From: Laetmonice hystrix
Lineage: Eukaryota
Length of the DNA stretch: 60,000 nucleotides
NCBI GenBank assembly: GCA_965235115.1
Contig: OZ249436.1
Location: 43,774,001 to 43,834,000, forward strand
Reading direction: 5' to 3'
Part shown: one piece after another, positions 1 through 12,749 of the stretch
How the letters are laid out: every line of letters starts with the position of its first letter
Position numbering within the stretch: position 1 is the stretch's first letter
The notes under the pieces: generated by a model
The model's database searches: none
Seen by the model: the letters and a program-made list of their open reading frames with translations, nothing else
Told to the model about the DNA's origin: nothing
Program-made: the position numbers and the translations under genes

Positions 1-87
1 ATTCCTGTAAACTATACATGTATTCAGCATGCAGAACTATTTATCATCCATGCTTTGTCACCAGTAGAGACATTCGTGCATTATAAT

Positions 88-917
88 GAGGGCCTCGGCC
101 TGCTGTTGTGGTGTGGATTAGGTCAGCACTGCCGAGGGTCGGTAAGTGTACGAGGCTCTCGGCCTGCTGCTGTGGTGTGGATTAGGTCAGCACTGCCGAG
201 GGTCGGTAAGTGAAAGAGGCTCTCGGCCTGCTGCTGTGGTGTGGATTAGGTCAGCACTGCCGAGGGTCGGTAAGTGTACGAGGCTCTCGGCCTGCTGCTG
301 TGGTGTGGATTAGGTCAGCACTGCCGAGGGTCGGTAAGTGTACGAGGCTCTCGGTCTGCTGCTGTGGTGTGGATTAGGTCAGCACTGCCGAGGGTCGGTA
401 AGTGAAAGAGGCTCTCGGCCTGCTGCTGTGGTGTGGATTAGGTCAGCACTGCCGAGGGTCGGTAAGTGTACGAGGCTCTCGGTCTGCTGCTGTGGTGTGG
501 ATTAGGTCAGCACTGCCGAGGGTCGGTAAGTGAAAGAGGCTCTCGGCCTGCTGCTGTGGTGTGGATTAGGTCAGCACTGCCGAGGGTCGGTAAGTGTACG
601 AGGCTCTCGGTCTGCTGCTGTGGTGTGGATTAGGTCAGCACTGCCGAGGGTCGGTAAGTGTACGAGGCTCTCGGCCTGCTGCTGTGGTGTGGATTAGGTC
701 AGCACTGCCGAGGGTCGGTAAGTGTACGAGGCTCTCGGTCTGCTGCTGTGGTGTGGATTAGGTCAGCACTGCCGAGGGTCGGTAAGTGACCGAGGCTATC
801 GGCCTGCTGCTGTGGTGTGGATTAGGTCAGCACTGCCGAGGGTCGGTAAGTGAACGAGGCTCTCGGTCTGCTGCTGTGGTGTGGATTAGGTCAGCACTGC
901 CGGGGGTCGGTAAGTGA
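88..917. repeat. Minisatellite, 64-bp unit, ~13 copies
   Basis: Unit GAGGCTCTCGGCCTGCTGCTGTGGTGTGGATTAGGTCAGCACTGCCGAGGGTCGGTAAGTGTAC recurs at 152, 216, 280 and onward; near-identical copies, no spacers. Confidence 0.95.
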
Positions 918-1134
918 ATGCAACAACTTAATGTACTGTATATGTTCCGATTACTTATGGATAGGTCAGATTGAGAGTTCGAAGGAGGATTAAATACGCT
1001 GTTTTTTATTATGATTTTCCTCTAAATGTTAAAGCGTATAGTTGTGACACAGTTTTGTGAAAAAAACTTAGGATTTAGGCGTGTGGTTAGAACCGGGAGT
1101 TAACCCCTCAGAAACAGCCAGCTCGTATCGGGGC

Positions 1135-1290
1135 TGTCAGTTTGATTGATGGGGAACCGGCGTATACGGAGAAACCAGTGGGACCTGCAGCAACCAAATG
1201 ACAAACTTTCTCACCTGAAGCACAATGAGGGTTCGAACCCGGACATCAGAGGCCATGTGGTCAGTACCCGGAGGATTGGGAGCAGTGAAC
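1135..1290 (-). mobile_element. Degraded tRNA-derived SINE fragment (V-domain-like)
   Basis: GGGGAACCGGCGTATACGGAGAAACCA...TGACAAACTTTCTCAC resembles the copy at 48.2 kb; B-box-like GGTTCGAACCC at ~1230-1240. Confidence 0.55.
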
Positions 1291-1349
1291 AAACTCCTCA
1301 ACCCCCAGGTCGGCTCATGTTCCGTGTTCTCCTACAGTTGTGGGTCGGC

Positions 1350-2168
1350 CCGCCATAATCAGGTGTGGTTGCCGTCATAGGCAGGAGCATAATGGCTGGC
1401 CGTCTTAGCAGGTAGGTTGGCCACCATAAGCAAGAGGGTTGGCCGCCATAAGCAGGTGGGTTGGCGACTATAAGCAGGTGGGTTGGCGACTATAAGCAGG
1501 AGGCCTGGCCGGCAGTAGTAGGGGGGCTGGCCGTCATAGACAGGAGGGCTGGCCTGCAGTAGTAGGAGGGCTGGCCGTCAGAGACAGGAGGGCTGGCCGT
1601 TAGAGACAGGAGGGCTGGCCGTCAGAGACAGGAGGGCTGGCCGTCAGAGGCAGGAGGGCTGGCCGGCAGAGACAGGAGGGCTGGCCGTCAGAGGCAGGAG
1701 GGCTGGCCGTCAGAGGCAGGAGGGCTGGCCGGCAGAGACAGGAGGGCTGGCCGTCAGAGGCAGGAGGGCTGGCCGTCAGAGGCAGGAGGGCTGGCCGGCA
1801 GTAGGAGGGCTGGGCGTCAGAGACAGGAGGGCTGGCCGTCATAGACAGGAGGGCTGGGCGTCAGAGACAGGAGGGCTGGCCGTCAGAGGCAGGAGGGCTG
1901 GCCGTCAGAGGCAGGAGGGCTGGCCGGCAGTAGGAGGGCTGGGCGTCAGAGACAGGAGGGCTGGCCGTCACCCGTCAGAAGTAGGAGGGCTGGCCGTCAC
2001 CCGTCAGAAGTAGGAGGGCTGGTCTTCAGAGACAGGAGGGCTGGCCGTCAGAGGCAGGAGGGCTGGCCGTCAGAGACAGGAGGGCTGGCCGTCAGAGACA
2101 GGAGGGCTGGCCGTCAGAGGCAGGAGGGCTGGCCGTCAGAGACAGGAGGGCTGGCCGTCAGTAGCAGG
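1350..2168. repeat. GC-rich minisatellite, ~22-bp unit, degenerate at its left end
   Basis: GCTGGCCGTCAGAGACAGGAGG repeats; copies at ~1350-1560 are much more diverged. Confidence 0.9.
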
Positions 2169-3920
2169 TGCCCATGGGATGGATTTGCACAGAGATAATA
2201 ATATATTGACTGGACAGAAAATTACAATACATTAACTTTGAATTAGGAACATAGCACATCCAAACCAGTGCCGCATGATATTCATATAGGCCGACGTATT
2301 ATGTATATTTTGTAAACATACATTTACTTTGACCTGTATTGTCGACATCCTAGCCGATAACTCTATGTCAACAATATAGCGAGGTATGTGTGATATTCTT
2401 GCCATAAAGAGGAGTGTTAAATAGTTTTACACTACTATAAAAGTTAGTCAATCGGTCATCAGGACACATACAAATTCTTTGAATTCTTTACCTAACAACG
2501 CCAAAAACAAACTCTCTAAGGTCAGAACTGTTTACAAAGTTTTGTTTGGGTGTTCTGGCTGGGTTGAGCACCTAGAGGCATGCCGACAGGTAACAGTATT
2601 CGCCAAGTTCTGTCGGCTGTCATCAGGAGCCATGTTAAACCTGCTCCAGAGCAGTACATCATAACGTCAATGTTAGTCTTCTCTCGAGAGCAAAGTAAAA
2701 AGGATCCAGGCATGTTATTAGGAAAGTTTTCATGGAGGTCAGAAATCAGCTCGTCGTTTTAACATGAGGCGAGACGATTGTGTTTTGATCACAGGCACTC
2801 ACACCTATTTACGTGTAAGATTACACCATTGTCTTCTACCTCTATCAAATAGAAATTTTAAAGACTGAATCTCATACATTACGCATAATGAGGATGTTTG
2901 TAATCATGACAATGCGGTAATGGGATCACAGTAATCCTCATTACTCAGGTAAGTTAGATCATATTTTGATGGCGTCACTAAATCCGATTTCGCTCAAGTG
3001 TAGCCTGTCAGATCTATACGACGGATAGCTTTCTGTCTATACTATACGAGATCAGAAGGTGATATATAGGATGCAGCGGTCCGTTTGGTGAGGACTCAAT
3101 GCAATAAACATAAAGGGCATGCATATCAGCTCTAGATTTGTAAGGCAGGGGTTCAGTCGAGTACCTGAGAACGACTGACTTACCGTTTATGTACACAAGG
3201 GCTCTCAGACAGAAAGTGTGAGAGAAGTAAAAAAATATAACTGTGTTAGACATATACCTTTTCTGTGGGTATGGCTGTCGTTGTTTGATGTCCTATTATA
3301 TTACCGAACCCCCACAGCCGCGCCTTGCATGGTTAAAATATTTACAGACCAATAAAACAGTGTGGATTGTTAGACGGGGATATATAATGTCATTTGTTTC
3401 AAAGGGCAGTTAACACACCATCACCGTGAGAATGGACTCTACATTTTACTGTTTTTACCGGTAACTGCCACTTACCGTAGGTGTATACAATGGTAATTGA
3501 CAGGTTAATACTATAGGCCTAAACTGTCAGTTTTGTAATTCAGAGGTTATCACAAAAAAACAGATTCATAAAATTAGAGAAAAGAAATTTAATCGTGTAG
3601 ATTTGAATAGTGGGAAAATGGACTGTTTGTTTATGACACACGTGTCATGGTTTGTTAGCAGATAGTGAACTGTTGTGGTGTGAAAATAGTGAAAATATTT
3701 TATCTGGCGGCCGCCACATAAAAATGTGGCGGCCTCCACTTATTATATGAAAGCCGCTAGAAAATTATGTGGCGTTTATAATATTCTTGTTCTTTTGTCG
3801 AATATTGTCACGTCATCATAACTTGTGAAACGAACCGGCCTTCGTACACACCAACACTTCCTGCAAGAAGAAATCCTAAAATGGCGTCATGGTTATAGCA
3901 TCATGTTTCAGTTCCCTTGG

Positions 3921-4663
3921 CCAAACATTGCAGGTCTACCTTTTAAACCTTTCAATTTACAGAAATAACCAAACATTGCAGGTCTACCTCTTAAACCTTT
4001 CAATTTACAGAAATAACCAAACATTGCAGGTCTACCTCTTAAACCTTTCAATTTACCGAAATAACCAAACATTGCAGGTCTACCTCTTAAACCTTTCAAT
4101 TTACAGAAATAACCAAACATTGCAGGTCTACCTCTTAAACCTTTCAATTTACAGAAATAACCAAACATTGCAGGTCTACCTCTTAAACCTTTCAATTTAC
4201 AGAAATAACCAAACATTGCAGGTCTATAACCAAACATTGCAGGTCTACCTCTTAAACCTTTCAATTTACAGAAATAACCAAACATTGCAGGTCTACCTCT
4301 TAAACCTTTCAATTTACAGAAATAACCAAACATTGCAGGTCTACCTCTTAAACCTTTCAATTTACAGAAATAACCAAACATTGCAGGTCTACCTCTTAAA
4401 CCTTTCAATTTACAGAAATAACCAAAGATTGCAGGTCTACCTCTTAAACCTTTCAATTTACAGAAATAACCAAACATTGCAGGTCTACCTCTTAAATATT
4501 TCAATTTACAGAAATAACCAAACATTGCAGGTCTACCTCTTACATTTTTCAATTTACAGAAATAACCAAACATTGCAGGTCTACCTCTTAAAACCTTTCA
4601 ATTTACAGAAATAACCAAACATTGCAGGTCTACCTCTTACATTTTTCAATTGACAGAAATAAC
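3921..4663. repeat. Minisatellite, 48-bp unit, ~15 copies
   Basis: CCAAACATTGCAGGTCTACCTCTTAAACCTTTCAATTTACAGAAATAA; one truncated unit near 4210-4230. Confidence 0.95.
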
Positions 4664-5351
4664 AGTGCATGAAATCAGTTGTAAAGTCCACTAATAGATG
4701 ACTCAGTCTGCATTGACACGATTTTTCTGCGTGATAAAATATCAGAGTCACTCGTTGACTATGATCACCGTAAACCCTCTCTATCCTCAGGCGATGTTGA
4801 TGAATCATTTATCGCCAAGGAAGATTTTCTCCCAGGATTTGTTGTCAGTCATGCTCCAGTTGGTAAGAGTAAAGCTCTGAGTGGGATATGGTGGTCACTG
4901 GAGTGTGACCAACAGTCACAGGTGTGTGACCGTGACCCGGAAGGATTCCACTGTCACTGGTGGTTGGTGATTCCCCAACTCGTCCCAGCCGGCGGTTATA
5001 CAGGGGGAACCACAAGTCACGTACCAAAAATAAAATTATTGAAATTTATTACAATTATTACAAAATAGGCATATTGTCCTAGAGAGACATTATTTTAGAG
5101 AAAGCTTTCCAAACTTATTCTCAACAAAGTGGTTATCTTTTTGAACTTACATTATGATGTGGGTTTAATTCTTTTCAATCTCTTGAATTTAATCTTGAGG
5201 TTTGTGACTTTTGGTTCACCCTGTCGCACGGAGCGTCGTGACCGCCCCGTGTTACCGTTGTACACTTTCATAAAGACTCCATTGTCACGTTTATTTCCTG
5301 GAAGTTGTTATGAGCTGTTACACCCCGAGGGAGCAGAGTAGGGCTGAGACA

Positions 5352-5765
5352 ACGGGAACGGGAGGGTCGGTTTGGGAGCGCACCTGTCGGTTTGGGAGCG
5401 TAGGGGTCGGTTTGGGAGCGCACCGGTCGGTTTGGGAGTGCACCTGTCGGTTTGGGAGCGTACCGGTCGGTTTGGGAGTGCACCGGTCGGTTTGGGAGTG
5501 CACCGGTCGGTTTGGGAACGGGAAGGTCGGTTTGGAAGCGCACCAGTCGGTTTGGGAGCGCACCGGTCGGTTTGGGAACGGGAGGGTCGGTTTGGGAGCG
5601 TACCGGTCGGTTTGGGAGCGCACCGGTCGGTTTGGGAGCGCACCGGTCGGTTTGGGAGCGTACTGGTCGGTTTGGGAGCGTAGGGGTCGGTTTGGGAGCG
5701 TACCGGACGGTTTGGGAGCGTACGGGTCGGGTTAGGAGCGTATACAGGTCGGTTTGGGAGCGTAC
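5352..5765. repeat. Minisatellite, 20-bp unit, ~20 copies
   Basis: GCGCACCGGTCGGTTTGGGA with a variable central 6-7 bp. Confidence 0.92.
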
Positions 5766-6054
5766 CTCCGAGTTGTCGTGATGAGTAACTGTGGGTGTTT
5801 AGTTACCAGGACAACAATAAACCCACCTTATATATACCTGCATGTATTGTAGGAGTTGTGGTTGTCAACTAGGTAGCTAGCTAGGATTTCATGATCATTG
5901 AGGGTTGATTCCCTGCCTTCTGGGCATACTCATACACTGAATAACCTCTCTACTCCTGGTGACAAGGGTAGATTTGTATTCATAGGTTAAACCGATGAGA
6001 AGTAGGCCTATATCGATATGAAGAAAGAGTGGGTTTGTGATCGAAGTGCACAGA

Positions 6055-6240
6055 TAGCGGTGGTTCGCGGAGGGATAGGGGGTACGGAGGGGGGTGGGGT
6101 AGGAGGGGTGCGGGGTGAGAGGACAGGGGTGTGGGAGAGGTGGGGTGGGTGGGGTACGGGGGGAGGACAGGGGTGTGGGAGAGGTGGGGTGGGAGGGGTT
6201 GGGGTGAGGACAGGGGAGGGAGGAGTCAGTGGGGTGGACC
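6055..6240 (+). other. G-run-rich tract (potential G-quadruplex)
   Basis: Many GGG/GGGG runs with short loops. Confidence 0.6.
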
Positions 6241-7784
6241 CGTTCCATGAAGGACCACCAACCCGTGAGTTCCGACCAGCTGTTCGCCCTACAATCCGTG
6301 CCCGGTCGGCCGTCGACGCCGCCCGGCAGTGAGTCAGTGACTCACCCGGTCAGAATCCCCCCGGCCGGCCCTGAGATCAGTGACGGCGGTGGCGGGGAGG
6401 TGACATTGCATGGCGTGTGGTTGGAAGTGGTGCCGTATTCGGTGTCCACAACTCGCCAGGACCCATTGTCTGCGAACTGACCACTCACACTGACCACTGA
6501 CCATGGCGTCAGTCGTCACGAACCACACGGAATACAGTTAAAGTTTAGAGGACGGGTGTTATCTGAAACCCGTTGTGTTATAACCAGCTACATGTAACCC
6601 GCCAGTATATACCGACGTTGGCGGCTGTGAGTATACCGGTGTTTGTGAACAGGTGCTAACAGTTCAGGTAGGCAGTTATAATGTTCTGTCATGGTCATAA
6701 TATCTTGGTTATCGTCTTCAGTTGACAAGCTATAGTGATGAAGTTCCTGATCCTGATGAAGGTACAGCTAGACAGACAGGTCTACAAGTATAAAACCAAG
6801 TGTTGTGCGAAATTCTCGAGTGATTAACTTAAAATGATTTTTTCAGTATAATCGTTTCCGTGTTTATGGATTCGTATTTTGTCCTCAAGTAACGGGGATT
6901 TGTTCCTCCTTCAGTAGAGTTATTTTTTCCACCTTTGACAGTAACGTTAATGTTTCCCCATTAAGTAGGTTTAGCCTATACTTTTCCCTATTGAGTAGGC
7001 CTATATAAACCGTACGCAATGGTGCGTGAGCCCCCATAACCGACCAGACCCACTTTTTGCGTGGTTTTAGTTTTTATTTAAAGTACTGTACAGATTATGA
7101 TGCCTGCTCATACACAAAGGTATTGTGTCTGGGCCGACAATGGTGTATATTTTGTCTCATCCAGTAAGTTCTGAGCATCAGTTTTCTCTTCAGTCAGTAT
7201 TTTGTTCAGTGTAGCTGGTTACTGGCGTGTATCTCATACTAAGTCGGTATATTTTTGTACCCAGTAAGTGGTGTGTATTTTGTGATCAGTCAGGAGTGTG
7301 CACTCAGCCATACGTATAATTTGTATTGTGTTAGCGTATATTCTCCTCAGTGAGTTTAGACCTATAGAATGTGTCTGTAGGCCTATCTTGTGTGTGTTGG
7401 TGCCTTATACCCGAGCTAGTCCCACTGTAATCCTCCTGTCTGACGTTTCCCTTCCTCCATCTGGAGAGGCGACCCAACTGTTTTCTAGGCAGAGAATACT
7501 CTGGTAGGAACTCTCCGCTCTTGATATCTACACAATAACTAAACCTATTCATTGTCAGTTACGGACGCCAGAATTCATAAACCATTTGCCTGAAGCAGGA
7601 TGGAGTCAGCTGCCTGGCCATGGGTGAGGTCGGATCTGGTGACATGGTCTCAGACAACCAGATATTGTACTTCTCTACGTACTACATGCCTGGGGTTATG
7701 GTTCGTGAACACTCATAACGTGGACGATGTCTACTTCCGACCATTCACATGTACCGTTTCTCACTTAACACAGTGAACAGTCAT

Positions 7785-8908
7785 TGTTAGAAACCTGACC
7801 ATCGACGGGCAGTGTTAGAAACCTGACCATTGACGGGCAATGGGCCCATACAGTCATTATACTGTTAGAAACCTGACCATTGACGGGCAGTGGGCCCATA
7901 CAGTCATTATACTGTTAGAAACCTGACCATTGACGGGCAGTGGGCCCATACAGTCATTAGTCTGTTAGAAACCTGACCATTGACGGCCAGTGGGCCCATA
8001 CAGTCATTATACTGTTAGAAACCTGACCATTGACAGGCAGTGGGCCCATACAGTCATTATACTGTTAGAAACCTGACCATTGACAGGCAGTGGGCCCATA
8101 CAGTCATTATACTGTTAGAAACCTGACCATTGACGGGCAGTGGGCCCATACAGTCATTATACTGTTAGAAACCTGACCATTGACGGACAGTGGGCCCATA
8201 CAGTCATTATACTGTTAGAAACCTGACCATTGACGGGCAGTGGGCCCATACAGTCATTATACTGTTAGAAACCTGACCATTGACGGACAGTGGGCCCATA
8301 CAGTCATTATACTGTTGGAAACCTGACCATTGACGGGCAGTGGGCCCATACAGTCATTATACTGTTAGAAACCTGACCATTGACGGGCAGTGGGCCCATA
8401 CAGTCATTATACTGTTGGAAACCTGACCATTGACGGGCAGTGGGCCCATACAGTCATTATACTGTTAGAAGCCTGGCCATTGGCGGGCAGTGGGCCCATA
8501 CAGTCATTATACTGTTATAGAAACCTGACCATTGACGGGCAGTGGGCCCATACAGTCATTATACTTTTATAGAAACCTGACCATTGACGGGCAGTGGGCC
8601 CATACAGTCATTATACTGTTAGAAACCTGACCATTGACGGACAGTGGGCCCATACAGTCATTATACTGTTAGAAACCTGACCATTGACGGGCAGTCGGCC
8701 CATACAGTCATTATACTGTTAGAAACCTGACCATTGACGGGCAGTCGGCCCGTACAGTCATTATACTGTTAGAAACCTGACCATTGACGGACAGTGGGCC
8801 CATACAGTCATTATACTGTTAGAAACCTGACCATTGACAGGCAGTGTTAGAAACCTGACCATTGACGGGCAGTGTTAGAAACCTGACCATTGACGGGCAG
8901 TGGGCCCA
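7785..8908. repeat. Minisatellite, 50-bp unit, ~22 copies
   Basis: GTTAGAAACCTGACCATTGACGGGCAGTGGGCCCATACAGTCATTATACT; shorter 28-bp sub-units at both ends. Confidence 0.95.
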
Positions 8909-9248
8909 TTTTATATAATCATAACGGGGTTTGTGGTCTTCAGTCATTACGCGACATGTGAGGGAGTTTTATTAGGGCCGATCTGAGAATTAGGTCTATT
9001 ATCTGAACCCTGGTGAGGCTGGGTGATTGGATCTACACTAGTTTAATACACACAGAATAGGTCGTTGTAATGACAAATTCTGGTTATTAGAGTAATCTAG
9101 CGGTGACCATCATAGCAAGTTTGTGTTGCTGTGTTTGTTCAGTTTGACATTATTGGGGTAAGACCATTAGTGTTAGTAATGACCACCAGGGCAAACCCTG
9201 GGTGACTGTTTACGGTTTGTCGTATATGATATTATCTCTCGGCCGGGG

Positions 9249-9849
9249 CATTCGGGAATCCTCGGCCATATCTTCGAAAGTAGCCTCGGGTGAAACAGGT
9301 GCCATTTTGAGCATTGCATCTCGGGTACATTTAGCCGGGACTCTCGACAGCATGGCAGTGCTTGCAGTATTTTGTCTGCATCAGGCATGGAAGCAACTAA
9401 AATAGGCCTACAATGCTTTCCCCGAAGTCAGTGGGCAATATTACAATAGTATCATGTCATGATACAACTTAAATTACAACATGATTACAAGTAGTCCTAC
9501 CATGTGTCGGGCCAGTGTCGTACGCGTGTCGTACATGGGCGCGGCCATATTGCTTCCCAGAATTTAAATTACCGTATTGACGCCCATTTAGGTAAATTGG
9601 GTGATTCATTTTTCTTCTTCAAACGTTCCCCTTCATACCAGAAATTTATATTTGCACATACAACGCCGAAGGAGCGGGTGTCAATAATGCACTACTTCCT
9701 GGCTCGATGGGATATGACGGTTCACTCAGTGCCTCGCTACACACCTCCATTTGGCGGTGTATCTGGTTGCCAAACATGGCCGCTATTCCACCCGAGGGTA
9801 TATTCGAATAGCAGGAAGTGACGTCATATGCCCGAGGGAGTCCCGAATG
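9249..9849. mobile_element. Non-autonomous DNA transposon, Mutator/MULE-like (copy 1)
   Basis: TIRs CATTCGGGAATCCTCGG...CCGAGGGAGTCCCGAATG; exact 9-bp TSD CGGCCGGGG (9240-9248 / 9850-9858); second copy at 13676. Confidence 0.85.
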
Positions 9850-9936
9850 CGGCCGGGGGTGTTCTATAACTTCTGCGTTAAAATCTCAAATAGATACAGT
9901 AGAAATCAAACTGAGAGTAAGTTAGGCAAGGTTTTC

Positions 9937-12443
9937 TGTGTGATGATGATAGTAGTGTTGTTGGTTGCAGAGACTGACCGGGTTGTGATGAATCATGTTG
10001 TAGTTTTGTTGGTTTGTTAGACTGACCGGGTTGTGATGAATCATGTTGTAGTTTTGTTGGTTGCTCAGACTGACCGGGTTGTGATGAATCATGTTGTAGT
10101 TTTGTTGGTTGCGCAGACTGACCGGGTTGTGGTGAATCATGTTGTAGTTTTGTTGGTTGCTCAGACTGACCGGGTTGTGATGAATCATGTTGTAGTTTTG
10201 TTGGTTGCTCAGACTGACTGGGTTGTGATGAATCATGTTGTAGTTTTGTTGGTTGCTCAGACTGACCGGGTTGTGATGAATCATGTTGTAGTTTTGTTGG
10301 TTGCTCAGACTGACTGGGTTGTGATGAATCATGTTGTAGTTTTGTTGGTTGCTCAGACTGACCGGGTTGTGATGAATCATGTTGTAGTTTTGTTGGTTGC
10401 TCAGACTGACCGGGTTGTGATGAATCATGTTGTAGTTTTGTTGGTTGCTCAGACTGACCGGGTTGTGATGAATCATGTTGTAGTTTTGTTGGTTGCTCAC
10501 ACTGACCGGGTTGTGATGAATCATGTTGTAGTTTTGTTGGTTGCTCAGACTGACCGGGTTGTGATGAATCATGTTGTAGTTTTGTTGGTTGCTCAGACTG
10601 ACCGGGTTGTGATGAATCATGTTGTAGTTTTGTTGGTTGCTCAGACTGACCGGGTTGTGATGAATCATGTTGTAGTGTTGTTGGTTGCTCAGACTGACCG
10701 GGTTGTGATGAATCATGTTGTAGTGTTGTTAGTTGCTCAGACTGACCGGGTTGTGATGAATCATGTTGTAGTTTTGTTGGTTGCTCAGACTGACCGGGTT
10801 GTGATGAATCATGTTGTAGTTTTGTTGGTTGCTCAGACTGACCGGGTTGTGATGAATCATGTTGTAGTTTTGTTAGTTGCTCAGACTGACCGGGTTGTGA
10901 TGAATCATGTTGTAGTTTTGTTGGTTGCTCAGACTGACCGGGTTGTGATGAATCATGTTGTAGTTTTGTGTGGTTGCTCAGACTGACCGGGTTGTGATGA
11001 ATCATGTTGTAGTTTTGTTGGTTGCTCAGACTGACCGGGTTGTGATGAATCATGTTGTAGTTTTGTTGGTTGCTCAGACTGACCGGGTTGTGATGAATCA
11101 TGTTGTAGTTTTGTTGGTTGCTCAGACTGTCCGGGTTGTGGTGAATCATGTTGTAGTTTTGTTGGTTGCTCAGACTGACCGGGTTGTGATGAATCATGTT
11201 GTAGTTTTGTTGGTTGCGCAGACTGACCGGGTTGTGATGAATCATGTTGTAGTTTTGTTGGTTGCTCAGACTGACCGGGTTGTGATGAATCATGTTGTAG
11301 TTTTGTGTGGTTGCTCAGACTGACCGGGTTGTGATGAATCATGTTGTAGTTTTGTTGGTTGCTCAGACTGACCGGGTTGTGATGAATCATGTTGTAGTTT
11401 TGTTGGTTTCTCAGACTGACCGGGTTGTGGTGAATCATGTTGTAGTTTTGTTAGTTGCTCAGACTGACCGGGTTGTGATGAATCATGTTGTAGTTTTGTT
11501 GGTTGCTCAGACTGACCGGGTTGTGATGAATCATGTTGTAGTTTTGTGTGGTTGCTCAGACTGACCGGGTTGTGATGAATCATGTTGTAGTTTTGTTGGT
11601 TGCTCAGACTGACCGGGTTGTGATGAATCATGTTGTAGTTTTGTTGGTTTCTCAGACTGACCGGGTTGTGGTGAATCATGTTGTAGTTTTGTTGGTTGCT
11701 CAGACTGACCGGGTTGTGATGAATCATGTTGTAGTTTTGTTGGTTGCTCAGACTGACCGGGTTGTGATGAATCATGTTGTAGTGTTGTTGGTTGCTCAGA
11801 CTGACCGGGTTGTGATGAATCATGTCGTAGTGTTGTTAGTTGCTCAGACTGACCGGGTTGTGATGAATCATGTTGTAGTTTTGTTGGTTGCTCAGACTGA
11901 CCGGGTTGTGATGAATCATGTTGTAGTTTTGTTGGTTGCTCAGACTGACCGGGTTGTGATGAATCATGTTGTAGTTTTGTTGGTTGCTCAGACTGACCGG
12001 GTTGTGATGAATCATGTTGTAGTTTTGTTGGTTGCTCAGACTGACTGGGTTGTGATGAATCATGTTGTAGTTTTGTGTGGTTGCTCAGACTGACCGGGTT
12101 GTGATGAATCATGTTGTAGTTTTGTTGGTTGCTCAGACTGACCGGGTTGTGATGAATCATGTTGTAGTTTTGTTGGTTGCTCAGACTGACCGGGTTGTGA
12201 TGAATCATGTTGTAGTTTTGTTGGTTGCTCAGACTGACCGGGTTGTGATGAATCATGTTGTAGTTTTGTTGGTTGCTCAGACTGACCGGGTTGTGATGAA
12301 TCATGTTGTAGTTTTGTTGGTTGCTCAGACTGACCGGGTTGTGATGGATCATGTTGTAGTTTTGTTGGTTGCGCAGACTGACCAGGTTGTGATGAATCAT
12401 GTTGTAGTTTTGTTGGTTGCGCAGACTGACTGGGTTGTGATGG
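9937..12443. repeat. Minisatellite, 48-bp unit, ~52 copies
   Basis: TTGTGATGAATCATGTTGTAGTTTTGTTGGTTGCTCAGACTGACCGGG; source of the repetitive ORFs at 9878-12523. Confidence 0.97.
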
Positions 12444-12719
12444 TAACAGCAGTGATGTGGCAGTCGGTACATGTCCTCCTGAATCATCCATCACAGGAGA
12501 CCACGGTCATCAGACCATTGTGACTGGGGAATTCACTGGCTCTGTCAGTCTGTCCATTCCTACTGTGGAATCCCTCTCCGTATAACAACAGTATACGCTC
12601 CCATTGGTCCGCCATGATATATCCTTTCTATCCTACACTAATTAGTATTATGTTATGTGTAATTTTATGATTTTGTAGATTTTATAATTGGCTTATAATC
12701 ATTTTTTATTGTTGCAGAA

Positions 12720-12749
12720 ATGAGCGACTTTGACGACCGACATAGAATG
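12720..12749 (+). CDS. Candidate first coding micro-exon (MSDFDDRHRM), possibly spliced to the PDZ exon
   Basis: T-rich acceptor TTTTTTATTGTTGCAG ends at 12717, ATG at 12720, consensus donor ATG|GTGAGT at 12750; phase 0 matches the acceptor at 56655. Confidence 0.45.

Noticed and set aside
5222..5900. Solo LTR (TGTCA/TGTAAC-like starts, AATAAA) around the 20-bp array
   Set aside because: No matching TG...CA pair with a TSD, PBS or second LTR was found
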